Of a stretch of DNA of 64,000 nucleotides, positions 49,181-63,565 are shown one piece after another (within the stretch, counting starts at the first letter, position 1; each line of letters opens with the position of its first letter). The DNA comes from Camelus ferus (Eukaryota): assembly GCF_009834535.1 (NCBI RefSeq), contig NC_045697.1, forward strand, positions 60,080,001 to 60,144,000, written 5' to 3'. Under the pieces are notes generated by a model. The model searched no databases, was not told the DNA's origin, and worked only from the letters and a program-made list of their open reading frames with translations. The translations under genes and the position numbers were made by a program.

Positions 49181-50626
49181 ATATGAAAAAAATCTTTCTG
49201 CAGAGATGATACAGTAACTAAAATCATTTCCAGAGTTTTAGAACAAAACATATTTGAATGATAAGAATAGAATACCATTCTATTGAACAATATGGACTAA
49301 AGACCACAGGAAGGTAAAGCAGGTCATGGAATAGTCTGGGACCCCACCAGTCCTCAGATGCACCATTTAACAAGCAGACTGGGCTTTAGGAGACTTACCT
49401 CTAATTGAAAGAGAGGGAACTGCTAATAACTGGGCTGGACCTTCCTATGAAGACTGGCTCTGCTAAAAAGATTTGCCTCAAGCAGGTTTGAGCTCTTTGG
49501 GTGACATCAAACTTTTCCGTTATTCAAACCTCCATATTCTAGCTGAGGAAGAGACAATGGGACACAGGGTATTGTCCTCCACATTCAGCATCCTCCTTCA
49601 GAACTCCAAAATAAATACCACGTTCTGAAGAAAAAAATAAAATTAATTATGTTTTTTAGTTTTATTACAGTAGCTAATGAAGAGCTGTCTTGGGAGAGGG
49701 GAAAACAAAGCAGAGTTTGGGACTCTTCCATACTAAAAGAAAGATAACTCTGAAGCTGTTTTCATGGGTTTTTCTTTTCATGGGTTTTTACATTACCTGA
49801 CTTTTATTGGTGCAAATATTTTTTCAGAAGGGCTTTGAGATTGAAGCACTAGGTTGGATTTGAGAACACCGAACAGCAGAGGTATTACTGAGAAAATATG
49901 ACTACATTGAAACCACTAAAAAATCATACATAGAAATGCATAAAAATGGGCCTTTATATTTACATATTGGGGATCTGTCTGTTTATGTAGTGGTCACAAA
50001 ATGTAGTGGAGGTTAAGGAGAAGGCGAAGAGTGGTTTGCCTGTTTTATATTACTTTCATCCTGAGCTAGAGTTGTTGGTTGAGTAATACTTTGAGACTCA
50101 TAAAAGTAAAAAGATGTATGTAAACCAACCTCAGTTTGATTCTCTAGCCCCAATTTTTTTATGCCACTTACTTTATCAAAATACTACTTTAGTCACCTAA
50201 ACAAGTTTATTATTTCCATAAAAAATAGCCAAGAATATACACTTCAAGATTTTCTTAAAAGAAAAACAAAACCAAAAACTTCAGCCCTTTCTAATTATTT
50301 CTTTATTCCACATTTCTCTAGTTATAATTATAAAATAGAAGAGAGATCATTCTAATTATTTTGCATTTGCTCACAAGTATAAATGTCCATATAAATGAGG
50401 TAATTGAAGAGATTCATAACAAATCTGAAAATCACTGAGGCATATTAAATAAATGCAATCAATATTCAAAATTATCTAATACATTGATTATCAAATTATA
50501 TAACATTTTAAGCTAACTGATAATATACAGTTATAAATAGAAATTTCTAGAATTTGCATAAATTTCAGGTGGTCACTTAGCAATAATCCAGGTAAAGAAA
50601 ACCTGTGTTTATAACTAGCTGTAAGA

Positions 50627-50713
50627 GGGGAGGGCATAGCTCAGTGGTAGAATGCCTGCTAGCATGCCTAAAGTCCTGCGTTCAATCCCTAGTACGTCCA
50701 TTAATAAAAAGGA
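50627..50713 (+). mobile_element. Vic-1-like camelid tRNA-derived SINE
   Basis: ggggagggcatagctcagtggtagaatg...gttcaatccc (A and B boxes) plus A tail; 16-bp TSD ataact(a/g)gctgtaaga at 50611-50626 and 50714-50729. Confidence 0.92.
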
Positions 50714-51589
50714 ATAACTGGCTGTAAGATTAATATGAAATATAGGGGTCTCTTTATATATATATAAGTAAAACAAATGAAGTGTACAATTCTTACATTA
50801 ATAGAAGTGTAATATTAAAATTATAGGAAACATATTTCCCATTATATATAGTACCAATCAACATACATATAGAATACCATGTTTAATTTGAAATTACACA
50901 TATTTAAGGTTTATATTGTATAAAAATGAGAACAGTGTGTATGGTAAGGAGTTAATACATTTGAAAGATTTAAGAATTGTTAGCTTTTAGAAGAGTAAGA
51001 CTAAGGAGAGAGGACTATTTTTATTTATTTGAAGGGCTGCTATGTAGAAGTCTGCTATAACTCATTATCCATTGTTCTCAAAAGCATTATAAGGATTGGC
51101 ATATGAAAATAACCAGGAAGCAAATTTTCACTCAAAATAGGAAAAAAAATTAAAACCCTAAAATAGATTTTTAACTCCTTAAATGCAGACTCATGTCTTA
51201 ACGCATCGTGTCCCCTTTAGTACTTGGCCTGATGCCTTCACATAAAAGTTCTTCAAAAATTAATGTTGAATCAATGAACAAATTAACAGACATGAATGAC
51301 CAATAATGAAATAACCAGCAGTGCAAGGAAGTGAGCTTTCTGCTACTGAGAGTATTGAAGCATAGGCTAAATGAGTACCAAATTGCAATGAAATGCAAGT
51401 TGTGATCGTAAAATATTCCTAGTTATCATTTGTGCCTTTTAAAATCCATCTAAAACCCATCTTATTATTGTATCACATATTATGTTATAGAAATTTTCAA
51501 TTAAGTGGGAGGTTGGCATATTTTGCTCCTTGCACCTTGAAATAGAAAAAAAATTTTACTGATTGCACAGATATTGGCATGAGGTAAAG

Positions 51590-51760
51590 GTGGTTCCCAG
51601 CCTGCTGTACCACGTGCAGATGTGTGATCTGTGGTGTGGTTGTTTTCACCAGTAAATGTGGATCATAACAGTAGGAAGCTTTATTAGGATGTTGTGAGAA
51701 TTAAGTTAGTTTATATTTTAAAGTCTCAGTCATAGAGTAAGTTATCAGTATAGTCTACCT
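51590..51760 (+). mobile_element. MIR fragment
   Basis: cagtaaatgtggatcataacagta...aggatgttgtgagaattaag. Confidence 0.55.
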
Positions 51761-53819
51761 CTTATTAATTACTTTATGATTTATTTGTATTTTAGACTAT
51801 TCACTTGATGATGTTATGTGGATGCTTTTGATTATATTGCTATAGTGAACCCATGTATTTATATTACCACTTCAAAATATTTAGTATAGTGCTATGTACA
51901 AAGCAGGCGGTAATTATGTGAAAAGGCTGATGGATATTGAATACTTGGGGTGTTCAGTACTATTTATAGTAGCTTAGATCAGCATCAGAGGAAACACATT
52001 TATATTTGTCTTGTTTGTCAACAGCTTAACAAAGTCTGAAGACCAAGTGGAATCTAAGTAAATACCTGTAACATTGGAATCCCTTTTTTTCTGCTTTAGG
52101 ATTTGGAGTTAACTATTATATGGGAGAGACTAAAACTGATGATGGGGTAACATTGTATTAGAGACAAGGGGAGTTTTCTTAGAACTGGAGTTAGAGTTTA
52201 ACAACATACTGAAAGCTTGATAAGGCAAGAAGCAATAAAGTGTCAGGCCAAATGAAGGCATGTTTATGAGAGAGCATCTTAGTCAAAGGAAGAAAAGGGC
52301 AGGGTTTGAAAGCCAAAGATTAGGAAAGAATAATTAGTGAGAGAAAATGTGGGATATTACATTTTTGTCAGGAAGCTATGACACCGTTTGACATGTTATC
52401 TGAATCTGCAGAGGGAGATGAAAGTATTTTATAGATGTATGATGTTAATAATAACACTAGAAGTACTTAAGGAAAGCTGTTAGTATAACTGACAGTAAAG
52501 AATACTAGATTCAGTCACATCACTGAGCTAGTGAAAAGTGACAAAAATACATAATTATCACTCAGGTGTTTAAACTCAAATTCTTAGGCAATTGTGTCAG
52601 TGTGCCTTTGTGGGCAGGCTAAGCCCTGCTGTCTGGAAATAAAAGACCACTTAACAGCAGAATAGCTAAATTTCCTTATCATTCAAAATCAGCATTTTGC
52701 CTCATTTTATTGGAAGTTACAAATGAAAGGGAATTGACTAAGTGTCTCTGTGTTTTATGTCATTAACAAATCTATGAGTAAATTTCGTTTGGAAACCCCC
52801 CCACAAATTTGAGAGTATGAAATGGAATATGAGCTCTTTCCGTTAAATATTGACTGAATTGATTTCTGATTTCCTAGATCCTGACAAGTCAGAATTTACA
52901 GTTGGACTTTTAAAAAATACAGCCTGAAGATTTATTTCTGCTTAAACATCACAGTTTCAAATTTTCTAACAGTTGGGGAAATTATTTCTATTTACTTTTA
53001 GCCACTGGACATGGTGTCTGAAAAAGGCCTAGTGTAGAACTGCCCACAGTGAAAATACGCATAGTCCTCTACAATCATGGTTTTGAAGTTTATTTAAAAG
53101 AAATGAAATATGCAATGATAAAGTGCTCCTTAAAAGTACTGAGGTATTAGAATAGAGAAGAAAAAGAGGGTAGGGTCCAGTCAAGGATTCAGGTGAATTC
53201 AAAATAGCTTCAAATCTGAGAAATAGCAACATTCATTGAAGGCACACCTCTTAAGTATTTGCATTATGCTGCATAAAGCATTTCAACTTGGGATGAAATC
53301 ATAAAGACAACCTTTAAATAAGGTAATATTTTCTAGTTCCTTTCAGTGGCTACACAAATTAATGATGCAAAACAGCATTCAAGTGGGGAAAAAAAACAAA
53401 ACCTAGTGCAAGTGATTATAAAATAACTAGTCCCTTTGCAATTTGGCTACCATTTTGAAACAAATTAGCTGTCAGAGAGGATCTCAACTCTACAATTCCC
53501 CACATGATGTTCTCGCTTATGCTGCAAGAACAGTCACAGTATAGTATATGATACTGCCATAAATTAAATGAAGAGAAAGCAAATGAGGTCCAAAATGGGC
53601 TTGGAAATACTCAGTAAGTTACTTATGGTTACATTGAGATTGATGCTATAAAGTCACATACTGGCATTATTACAGAGAACATAGCTAACATAATGACTGT
53701 ATATACTTTCTCTTTGTAAATGCGTATTAAAGATTCACAGTTCTTACTCTAAATTTTATTTTTTACGGTTCACTTGAAGCCTGCTTAATGTATACATAAA
53801 AATTGTATCCAATTAAAAG

Positions 53820-53920
53820 TAGGCTAGTGGTATCGCATGAGGGAGATGGTGGCAGACAGTTCAGTTTTATGATGGTGGTGGTGGTCACACAAAACTACAC
53901 ATGAAAAAATTTTTATAGAA

Positions 53921-53957
<37 letters not shown>

Positions 53958-54170
53958 GAAAGAGAGAGAGAGAGATGCATGAAAAATACATACATGGAAG
54001 CTGAATAAGTTCTGTGGATTATACCAATGTCACTTCCTGGTTTTGACATTGTGCTATAGACCTGCAAGAACCTGACATTGGGAAAAGCTGGCTAAAGAAT
54101 ACACGGGATCTCCCTGTACATTTACTTGCAACTCCTTTGAATCTAAAATTATTTCTAAATGAAACTTAGA
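53820..54170 (+). mobile_element. L1MC/MD 3' end containing (CA)n 53923-53953 and (GA)n
   Basis: gattataccaatgtcacttcctggttttgacattgtgctatag...gatctccctgtaca. Confidence 0.75.
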
Positions 54171-55104
54171 GAGAAAGAGAAGATAATATCCACCAGAGAC
54201 CAAACTTTGACCACATTTTGAACCTGACTGAAATCAGCTGAGAAAAAAAAAAGAAAAGAAAAGAAATAAAAGTGTGTCAGTGATTGGCAAAATTTAACAT
54301 TGATTAATTTGCTAGTAAGGCACTGATGTTAATTTTTTAAGGTATAAGTGTTGTGGGTTATTTAAAATACTGTTGAATAAGGCAAGTCATAAATAAGATT
54401 TTTCCCTTGGAATTAAAAGCTAAATTAAGTTCTAAAATTCAAATGAAAAAAATTGAAGCCTTTATATATTTGACGATTCATCAAGTTTCCCTCCAGATTT
54501 CAGGCTAATTTGAAAATAAGCAGAGCCATATTGATTCCCACATATATGACATTTCAAAGCATAACTTCTTTGTGTGAGTTGGTAGCTTGGCAACAATTGG
54601 AGAAAGTCCTCTGTCTCTGTCTCTGTCTGTCTCTCTCAATCTCTCTCCAAGCTTTGACATGTTTTTCTTACATTTTATTTGTGGACTTGAAATTTGTTTT
54701 AAATATGGTTTAATTTTTTACTTCAGTTGTCTACTCTTACTCTTTAACTTTTTAAATTGAAACACTGGCAGCTCATTTGTTCATTCTTACTTAAATGTGA
54801 TTCATTGGTTGTTAAGTGTCTTTTTCCAGAGGAAATTATAAGTTAGCAACTTTTAAAACCTTTACTGATTCACCATGTGGTAGCTGTGCCTCAGCCATCG
54901 TGTTCTCTGTGCGTGAGACCATTGGCTGATCAGTCTGTCCTCTCTTCTGGGCATGAGTCAGTACTACATTTAATGACAAAATTCTCTTCAGGGATAGAAT
55001 CAGCTCTTTTATCCAAAGCAATTTTTGTTTGGATAACATAAGCTCATTTTGTTTGTAATAAATTTAGCAAAGATTTCTGAAGTGGGGCAAATATGAACAT
55101 AAAC

Positions 55105-55290
55105 CTCAGCCCAGTCACTTAATAATAATGTAACCTTGGACAAGTTACTTAGTATTTATATATGTAAGTCAAGGATTTTTCTTCTGTAAATTGGGATTAC
55201 AGGACTTCTTACCTTATATGTTAGTTACAATTTTTGAGGACTAAAGAAAAGATTGTATATGAAATGTCTAGCCCAAGGACTACAGTATAG
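55105..55290 (+). mobile_element. MIR
   Basis: tgtaaccttggacaagttacttag...ttcttctgtaaattggga. Confidence 0.7.
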
Positions 55291-55443
55291 TGTGTGTGTG
55301 TTATGCGTGTGTGTAAGGACAATTTAATTTCAGAATACAGTGCTGAACCAGTTCTTACTAGTCTTGGACAAATTTAGTAAGTTTGTCCACACAGAACAGA
55401 AAGAACCACTGGTCTATAATAGACATCCATTCCTATTGGCAGA

Positions 55444-55901
55444 TATGACGATTAATTTTATGCATCAACCTGACTGGGGTGAGGGATGTGTGGATAGCTG
55501 ATAAAAGATTATTTCTGAGCGTATCTATGAGGGTGTTTCTATCAGAGATTAACGTTTCTATCTGTAGACCAAGTAAAGAAGATCACTGAGGGTGTGCATA
55601 ATCTAGTCTGTTGCGGGTCTGAGTAGAACAAAAAGATAGAGAAATGGGGAATTGCTCTCTTTGCTTAAGATGTGACATCCATCTTCTCCTGCCCCCACAT
55701 CGACTCCCCTGGTTCTCCAACTTTTGGACTCAAATTAAATTACACCATTTACTTTCTTAAATCTCTAGCTTGAAGACAGCAGATTGGAGGGCTTCTTGGC
55801 TTCCAGAATTGCGTGAGCCAAATCTTATATCTTAAATCCCTTATCTCTCTCTCTCTCTCTATTCTATTGGTTTTGTTCTCTGAAAAACCCTGACCAATAC
55901 A
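55444..55901 (+). mobile_element. MLT2 (ERVL) solo LTR
   Basis: gattaattttatgcatcaacctgactgg...ctattggttttgttctctgaaaaaccctgaccaataca; near-TSD gcaga/acaga. Confidence 0.85.
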
Positions 55902-57379
55902 ACAGAGGATAATAATGATGAATCTGAACTATTTGTATTACTGTGTCTTTGCTTGATATCCAAAAACAAGTAAACAAAAAAAAAGTACTATTGCTATGCC
56001 TGGAAGCTCTCAAGAAAATGTTCAATGAGGGCAATTGATATAACTAAAATCTTACAAGAATAAAAGTAAATTCTGGCCTTTCTTTCCATCTATAAAAATG
56101 ATAGATGCACAAAGAAAAAAGCTATAGCAAGGCACTGTAGCAAGATATATATTCTGTTACCTCATAAGATTAAACAAACATACATCCTCATACAGTTGGG
56201 AGTTTTAGGAAGACTTTACACAGGAAAAGGAACTTGAAGATACCAATGGGAAAATTATTTTTCATTCCCTTTTGATAAGAGGCCAGTGTGTACCACAGTT
56301 GCTCCCCCGCCCTCCCTTTCTGTACTTCTATTACTGTCTTCTGTTTGCTTCAGGGAAGATGAAAATAACATTTTTCTATATGAAACTACAATGGAGAACA
56401 AGATGCCTTGCTTTACTGGTGAAACATAAGGAACAAAAATGATCAAAATAAGAAAAGCTAAAATAGCCTTAGCAGGCTAATTATAGCCATTGCTTTAACA
56501 GATAATAATTCATTTACAATGGATTCATCTGTTTATCAATACAGCTACAGATTTTTGATGACTGATGATATTTTAATATGAAAAGTTTTTATTCTTTTCT
56601 AAATATATTTATCACATTTCCTGCAATGTGATTATTTTTTTTATATTGATTTTTAAATAGAAAACATTGAGCCTAATGCTTGGCAGTACATCTTGCTGTG
56701 ATAGATTTTTCTCTGCATGTCAGATGGATGTTAGACTGTCAGGCTATTTGATGGTCTTAGATAATTCTTGTGGATCTTTCCCCCATAATTTCTTTGAAGT
56801 TATTTTTTAGGTAGGATATAAGGAGCTTCAGTTAAATATGACTTACCAGCATTGATGCATTGTTTTTTACTTTTAAATGATTGGAATGCTTAAGGAAATA
56901 CATCAAATACCTTTCTCAATGGCTTATTGTGCTCGTAAGGCCAAATATAAGTGATAACAGAAAATCATGTTACTTTTCTCACAGTTACGCTTTAAGTAAA
57001 AGGGCATGAATAATACGCTTGAAGCTCTATTTTCAAAGACACCAAGCTAAGCTAACTCTACCCTCCCTCCCGCTTCCTGTTTAAAAAATAAATAAATAAA
57101 ATTGCCTTTTGATTATAGGAAAAGAGAAGACATTAGGCATAAAATTCTTTAATTGCCAAACACTGACCATTAATCTTTAATGTATGCACCAGTCACTCTC
57201 TCATTTCCCTCATCTCAGTGGAAGAGACTGTCCCTTATTTTCCCAGCCTCTCGTTGGCCACCCCACGGCTTCCTCTCTGTGAGTAAACGTCACAAGCCTT
57301 TCCATACGTAGCATATTATTTGTCACGTTGTCCCTTCCAGCTACTGTAATACTTTACCTCTTTTCAGATATACTTCTTG

Positions 57380-58080
57380 AAAAGGGAATCCAGACTTATG
57401 GATTATCCTTTCTCACCTTCCGTAACTTCCTAGTCAGTGTGAATCTGATGAATGATCTTGTCCCACTAATAAAATTGTTCTTACCAACATTACCAATCTC
57501 TATTGCTGAAACAAAAGGAAACTTTATGTCTGTTATCCTTGTCGGGCTCTTAGTAATGTATGAAAAAGTTGACCGTTCCTTTCTTGAAACTCCTCTGTAT
57601 CCTTTCTTGGCCATAGTTATTGTGTTAATTTAAACTATTATTAATATCATTGGGCTTTTATCTGAACCTATTGCAGTATCTACATCTAGTTTCTTGTACA
57701 CAACTTCCAGAGTCTTTTTTTTTAAAATTTAAATCTAATAATTCACTTCCTTGCTTAAAATTCTTCAAGGGTCTCTCTGTACTCTAAAGAGCCAATACCA
57801 TACAAGAAGAAATACTTTGCACGTCTATTGTTTTAGCTGTATTTCTCAGGATTCCCTTATTCCCTTACTTCCCCATGCTCATGCCTTATTACACTATGTT
57901 TCACAGCCAAAGACATCAAACTGTGTAACAACTTTATTCTATTCACTGGAGAATTTTCATTTCTTTAATTTTCTACCTATGATTTCCATTTGGATCTCAT
58001 TAGACTCTGAAACTCTCCATGACAGGAAATAGGTTCTAGCATTTTTTTTTATATTTAATGTCTTGCTTAATAGGGGTCAT
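57380..58080 (+). mobile_element. L2 fragment
   Basis: gttgaccgttcctttcttgaaactc; cacttccttgcttaaaattcttcaa. Confidence 0.6.
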
Positions 58081-58102
58081 ACATTTCAAGCATATATATG
58101 TA

Positions 58103-58108
58103 TACACA

Positions 58109-58142
<34 letters not shown>
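58103..58142 (+). repeat. (CA)n microsatellite
   Basis: Visible directly. Confidence 0.95.
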
Positions 58143-58144
<2 letters not shown>

Positions 58145-58831
58145 ATACAGTCAATTGAAACTAATGCACATGATGCAAATGGAATGCAAAAAGTTAATTT
58201 TAATTCCTGACTCTTTTTTCCAAATTAAATTACTGGCAAGATTATTTTTTCTTTTTCATATAAAGTCTTTAGAAAATTTATAGCAGTAAACCTGTATGTT
58301 AAAGTTATAGTAGTGAAATTGCTGTATGAGAGAGTGTGTGTGTGCATGTCAATGTTTATGCATCTTGGCAAATTTTTCTCTCCCAAAGAGGAGTTTGCAC
58401 CAGGTACATTACATTTCTAACTACAGTTTCTCTTAAAAATAGAAAAAACTTGCAATTATTATATGTGACAGTCTGGTAACAACTTTTCTTATGTTTATGC
58501 AAAATTTATATTCCCTTATTGTAAACATGCTATTTTTACTCTTCAGTATTCGCTTGTATTTTATTGATTGATTGATTTGTAGAAATTCTTTGTGAGTTAT
58601 GGAACTAAGAACTTTTATCCTGCAAATAATTTTCTCACACAGTTAATCATTTGTCTTCTGACCATGATTATGATATTTTTGCCACATGGAAAGTTGTGAA
58701 TATTCTTAAGTTTATTAATGTTCTCCTTTATTGCTTTTGAGATAAGGGTTCTAATTAAGGCTTGTTATACAAATAAATAAGTAACTAAATGAGTGAATTA
58801 ATTGAATACTTTTGAAAATGAGTAAGAATAA

Positions 58832-59303
58832 TATATTAGTTAGGGTTCTCCAGAGAAATAGATCTAGTTGATCTATAAAATAGATCTTGAGAGACAGACA
58901 GACAGACAGAGACAGAGACAAAGACCAAGAGATATGTATATATAGAGAGAGAAATCACAGAGAGAAATCAATTATAAGGAATTGATGTAACTTCCAGTCT
59001 AAAATCTGACAGGCTTGAAATCCAAGGGGAGCCAATGTTTTAGTTCAAGTCCAAAGGCTAGAAAAGACCCATGGCAATTCAAACCAATCAAGCAGGAAGA
59101 GTTCACTCTTACTCAGACTTTAGGTTTATTTTGTGTCTTTGATTAAATGAGACCCATCTGTATTAAGGAGATCAGTCATGCTTTACTCAGTCTACAGATT
59201 CAAAATATTAACCTCATCCAGAAATACCCATACAGACACATCCAGAATGTTTTTTTCAGAACTCATGGCACTTCACTAAATTAAATATAAAATTAAACAT
59301 CAG
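58832..59303 (-). mobile_element. MLT2 solo LTR
   Basis: tatattagttagggttctccagagaaatag...tttactcagtctacagattcaaaat...aaattaaacatca. Confidence 0.8.
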
Positions 59304-59379
59304 AAATAGCAAGTGTATATTTCTATAGCACACTAAGTTCACCTGCTTTTTCCAGGTTTAAATCTCATTTACATACCTC

Positions 59380-59570
59380 TTATGTTCCTGTAATATTTGA
59401 TTTTATTTAAACTTTCTGGTCACAGTTTTTATATCTGTAGCACAGAGATAGTGCGAGTAGCCACTGTTCTATAGATTTATTAGGAAAACTAACTGAATTA
59501 ATTTTTATCAAGTGCTGAGAGTCATACCCGCTTGGCACATGTTATGTGATCAATAAATGTTAGCAATTAA
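59380..59570 (+). mobile_element. MIR
   Basis: cacagtttttatatctgta...ttggcacatgttatgtgatcaataaatgttagc. Confidence 0.65.
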
Positions 59571-59639
59571 TATATTTTCTTATAATGATACTATAAGTTG
59601 CATGCTACAGTAACTTTTATTGTAGAAAAAATTCAAAAA

Positions 59640-61016
59640 TTAATTGAATAGTTATGCCGTGTAAAGAGCTAGGAATTGGCATACCTATTCTTACAATAAG
59701 AAAAAACTGAATAAATAAAAAATCAGTGACTTTTCTTGGACCCATCTGAGAATTGAGGTTACAGGGCAAACCACCATTGGAAAGTATGCAGAGAAAGATG
59801 AATCCAGAGATTATAGCCAAAATTTACTTAGTTGGAGCAGAAGTTGGTGGAACCTAAGGTGGTAGGAACACTTTGATGGTAATTTTGATGAATTGTTAAA
59901 GGCTGAGTGCAGATAAAATAGGTAAGAGAGGAACTGTCAGAGCTGCAGTCTTAGTGGATCCTCATAGTTTCATGGACCTTATTCCAAGAACCACATAAGA
60001 GTCACATGATGGGGAGCTAAGAATGATACCCTCCTGGCTGTGGCAGTGCTAACCACTTGGGTGCAATAAAAATTGTGAAATAATCTTAAGGTTTTCTTCA
60101 TAACAAAGACCTATACTTCAAGGAAAGAAGTTTTACCAGAGCCTTATCCTATGGGCATTTCTTTAATCTACACAACTCTGTTCAATCTATCTCTCCTAAG
60201 TGGAGGCTGGGGAGTAAGCTAAGAGACAGTTGTCACAGTCACATTGTAGTGACACAGGCCCACTGAAAAACTGAGGTTTAATTATAAGAGTACTTTTAGA
60301 ATACTTTAGAATTATAGTATGCTGCCTTTTCCCCAAACTTTACTACCACAATAACAGGGATCCAGTAAAAAATAATGATGGAGTACCTACCCCTATGAAG
60401 AGTATTTAGAGAATCATAAATTCAACAGATGAGACAAAACAGTCACTAGAGGAACTTGAAGCCTCTGGCACCTATAACTACAGCAAGCATTAGGCACAGC
60501 TAAATTAACTCTAGCTGGATTAACATAAAACCTCACATCAAAGGCCTATTACCTATGTTCTTATTATATCATAATCACCTTCAAAAAAAATTATGGGGCA
60601 TGATGAAAGGAAGATAAAAAGAGTCCAAAGAGAAAAAGCAATATCAGAACCAGACTCAGATATGACGTTAGATGTTGTAATTACCTGAGAGGAAAGATAA
60701 AATAAATATGATTAATATTTTTAAAACTTAAATAGAAAAAGTAGATGACATGAAAGAACTGATGGATAATATGAGAGATGGAAACTCAAAGAAAGGATCA
60801 AAAAGAAATATTAGTAGTCAAAAACACTGTAATAGAAATGAAAAATGCCTTCAAGAGACTTAGTAGTGGATGAGGTTTATCCCAGGAAAAAATCAGTGAG
60901 CTTGAAGATATTTTTATAAAACTTCCCTATGGAAATGCTAAGGAAAACAAGAGGGGTAGGGCAGAATATTCAAGAATGTGAGACAATTGCAAACAGTGTA
61001 ATGTAAGCATAATGGG
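59640..61016 (+). mobile_element. Old L1M 5'UTR/ORF1 fragment
   Basis: tcagaaccagactcagatatgac; aaaaacactgtaatagaaatgaaaaatgccttc; aatcagtgagcttgaagata. Confidence 0.75.
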
Positions 61017-62244
61017 AACTGGAAGTTAAGACTGCCACCTGGCCACTTTGGGCTCCTCAGAATATTCAGTCAACAGGCAAAGAAGGGAATTATTGTGCTG
61101 GCTAGAGTGATTGATCCTGGCTATCAAGGGGAAATGGAAGTACTGGTTGACAATGGAGCTAAGGAAGAGTATGTCTCAAATACAGGAGATCTCTTAGGAC
61201 ATCTCTTAGTATGATCATACCCACGGAGAACTATAACATCACAATCCAGGCAGGACTGTTACTTAAACAGACCATTCAGGAATGAAAGTTTGGATTACCC
61301 AACCAGGAAAAGAACTATGACAAACTGCCATGATTGCTGAAGGGAAAGAGAATACAAAATGGTTAGTGAAAGAAAGTAGTTACAAATACTAGCTACAACC
61401 ACATGACCAGTTACAGAAACAAGGACTGTACTTGTCATGAGTATTTCCTCCATATTTTGTTATTAATACATTTTTATCTATGTGTATATTGTGTGTATAT
61501 ATGTCTGTCTGTCTATCTATCTATCTAACATCTTTGTTTTCTTTCCTCTTGTTATCTTGTCATGTAATATAAGATATATTGACTTTAATAGCTTAATGAT
61601 TATGTTTCATTAATTTTACCTCATAGTATTTAAATTACAGGATATCAAGGTGACTTTACTTCCTCTTCCAGGGATGCAGTTATTTTTTGGATGTGTGTAG
61701 GATAAATGCATTATATTAGGCAGAATTATGACCTTGTTATTGTCTTTATTTGGAATTAAGTATGGTTTAAGGAGATATATCTGAGTGCCAAGTTGACAAG
61801 GAGTAGAATTTTAATGGTTAATTTTTTATGTCAACTTGACTGGGACATGAGGTGTCCATTATTTCTGGGTATGTCTGGGAAGGTGTCTATGGAAGAAATT
61901 AGTATTTGAATTGGTGCACTGTGCAAAGCAGATTGACCACCCTCTCAACATTAGTACACATTATGCAGTTCTCTGAAGGTCTTAATAAAACAAAAAGGCA
62001 GAGGAAGGGAGAATTTGCTCTGCCTGCCTGAAGACATCAGTCTTCTGCTCTTTACTGAGATTTATACCATAAGCCCTGAAATTCTCAGAAATATACCACC
62101 AGCTTTCCTGAGTCTCCAGCTTGCAGTGAGTAAATTGTGGGAATTCTAAGTCTCCTATAATCCTGTATGCCATTTCCTTGTAATAAATCTCTTCTATTAT
62201 AGAAATCTCCTATTGGTTCTGTTTATCTGCAGAACCCTAATACA
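61017..62244 (+). mobile_element. ERVL 3' internal region with dUTPase remnant, PPT and MLT2 3' LTR (about 61809-62244)
   Basis: 61017-61213 reads NWKLRLPPGHFGLLRIFSQQAKKGIIVLARVIDPGYQGEMEVLVDNGAKEEYVSNTGDLLGHLLV*; gccaagttgacaaggag precedes the LTR. Confidence 0.9.
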
Positions 62245-62574
62245 ATAACATTTTTATTAGAAAATAGCCACTGATATGTTATGACATAGACATTATACTA
62301 TATGCACTCTACTCCAAAACAGTCCAGAAAAAATGTACATGAATATATTAAAATGTGTGACTATGTACACATCCATATATACATATATTTATGATTTATT
62401 TATACATGAAAAATGATGTGTCAAAACTTGAAGAATTGGGGAATCTAAGAATTTCTTAATATAACTTTATAATAGTTATAATAGGTATTATTTTTTGAAC
62501 TATATTACATATTTTTATAAGATTGAAATTACTTTAAAATACATTTTAAAATTTAGTTAAATTACTTGAGGTTA

Positions 62575-63565
62575 ATTTTTTAGAAGTATGTTGATTTACA
62601 ACATTATATTAAGTTCAAGTGTACAACATCCTTGCATCTTATTTATTTTGTACCTAGTACTTTGTACCTCTTAATTCCCTTCCCCTATCTGGCCCCTCCC
62701 CTACCCCTGTACCTACTGGTAACCACTAGTTTGTTCTCTGTATCTATGAGTTTATTTCTATTTTGTTATGTTTATGAATTGTTTTGTTTTGTTTTTTAGA
62801 TTCCACGTATAAGTGAAAACATACAGCATTTGTCTTTCTCTTTCTGACTTACTTCACTAAGCATAATACCCTCCAGGTCCACAAATGTGTTGCAAATGGC
62901 AAAATTCCATTCTTTTATGGCTGAGTAATATTCCATCACATACATGTACCACACCTTTTTTTATCCATTTGTTGATGGACACTTAGTTTGCTTCCATATA
63001 TTGGCTATTATAAATAATGCTGCTATGAACATTGTGATACACATATCTTTTCAAATTAATGTTTTTGTTTGTTTTGGATATATACTCAGGAGAAGAATTG
63101 CTAGATCATAGGGTAGTCCAATTTTTAATTATTTGAGGAACTGCCACACTGTTTTCCATAGTGACTGCAATAATTTACATTCCCAGCAGTGTATGAGGGT
63201 TCCCTTTTCTACACATTCTCACCAACATTTATTATTAGCTTTTTGATGAATACCATTCTGACAGGTGTGAGTTGATATCTACAGGTTTTGATTTGCATTT
63301 CCCTGGTGATTGATGATGTTGAACATCTTTTCATGTGCCTGTTGTCTATCTGTATATCTTCTCTGAAAAAAATGTCTATCCAGGTCATCTGTCCATCTTT
63401 TGATCAGGTTGTTTTTTTTTTTTTTGATATTGAGTTGTATGAGCTCTTTATATATTTTGGATATTAACCTCTTATCAGACATACCATTTGCAAGTGTCTT
63501 CTCCCATTCAATAGGTTGTCTTTTCATTTTATTGATTATTTTCTTCACTGTACAAAAACTTTATG
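62575..63565 (-). mobile_element. L1 3' portion (L1MA/cetartiodactyl-type)
   Basis: ORF 63279-63548 ([35 protein letters not shown]) is L1 ORF2; typical 3'UTR. Confidence 0.92.

Noticed and set aside
50627..50700. tRNA gene
   Set aside because: The A tail, 16-bp TSD and imperfect cloverleaf indicate a SINE copy.
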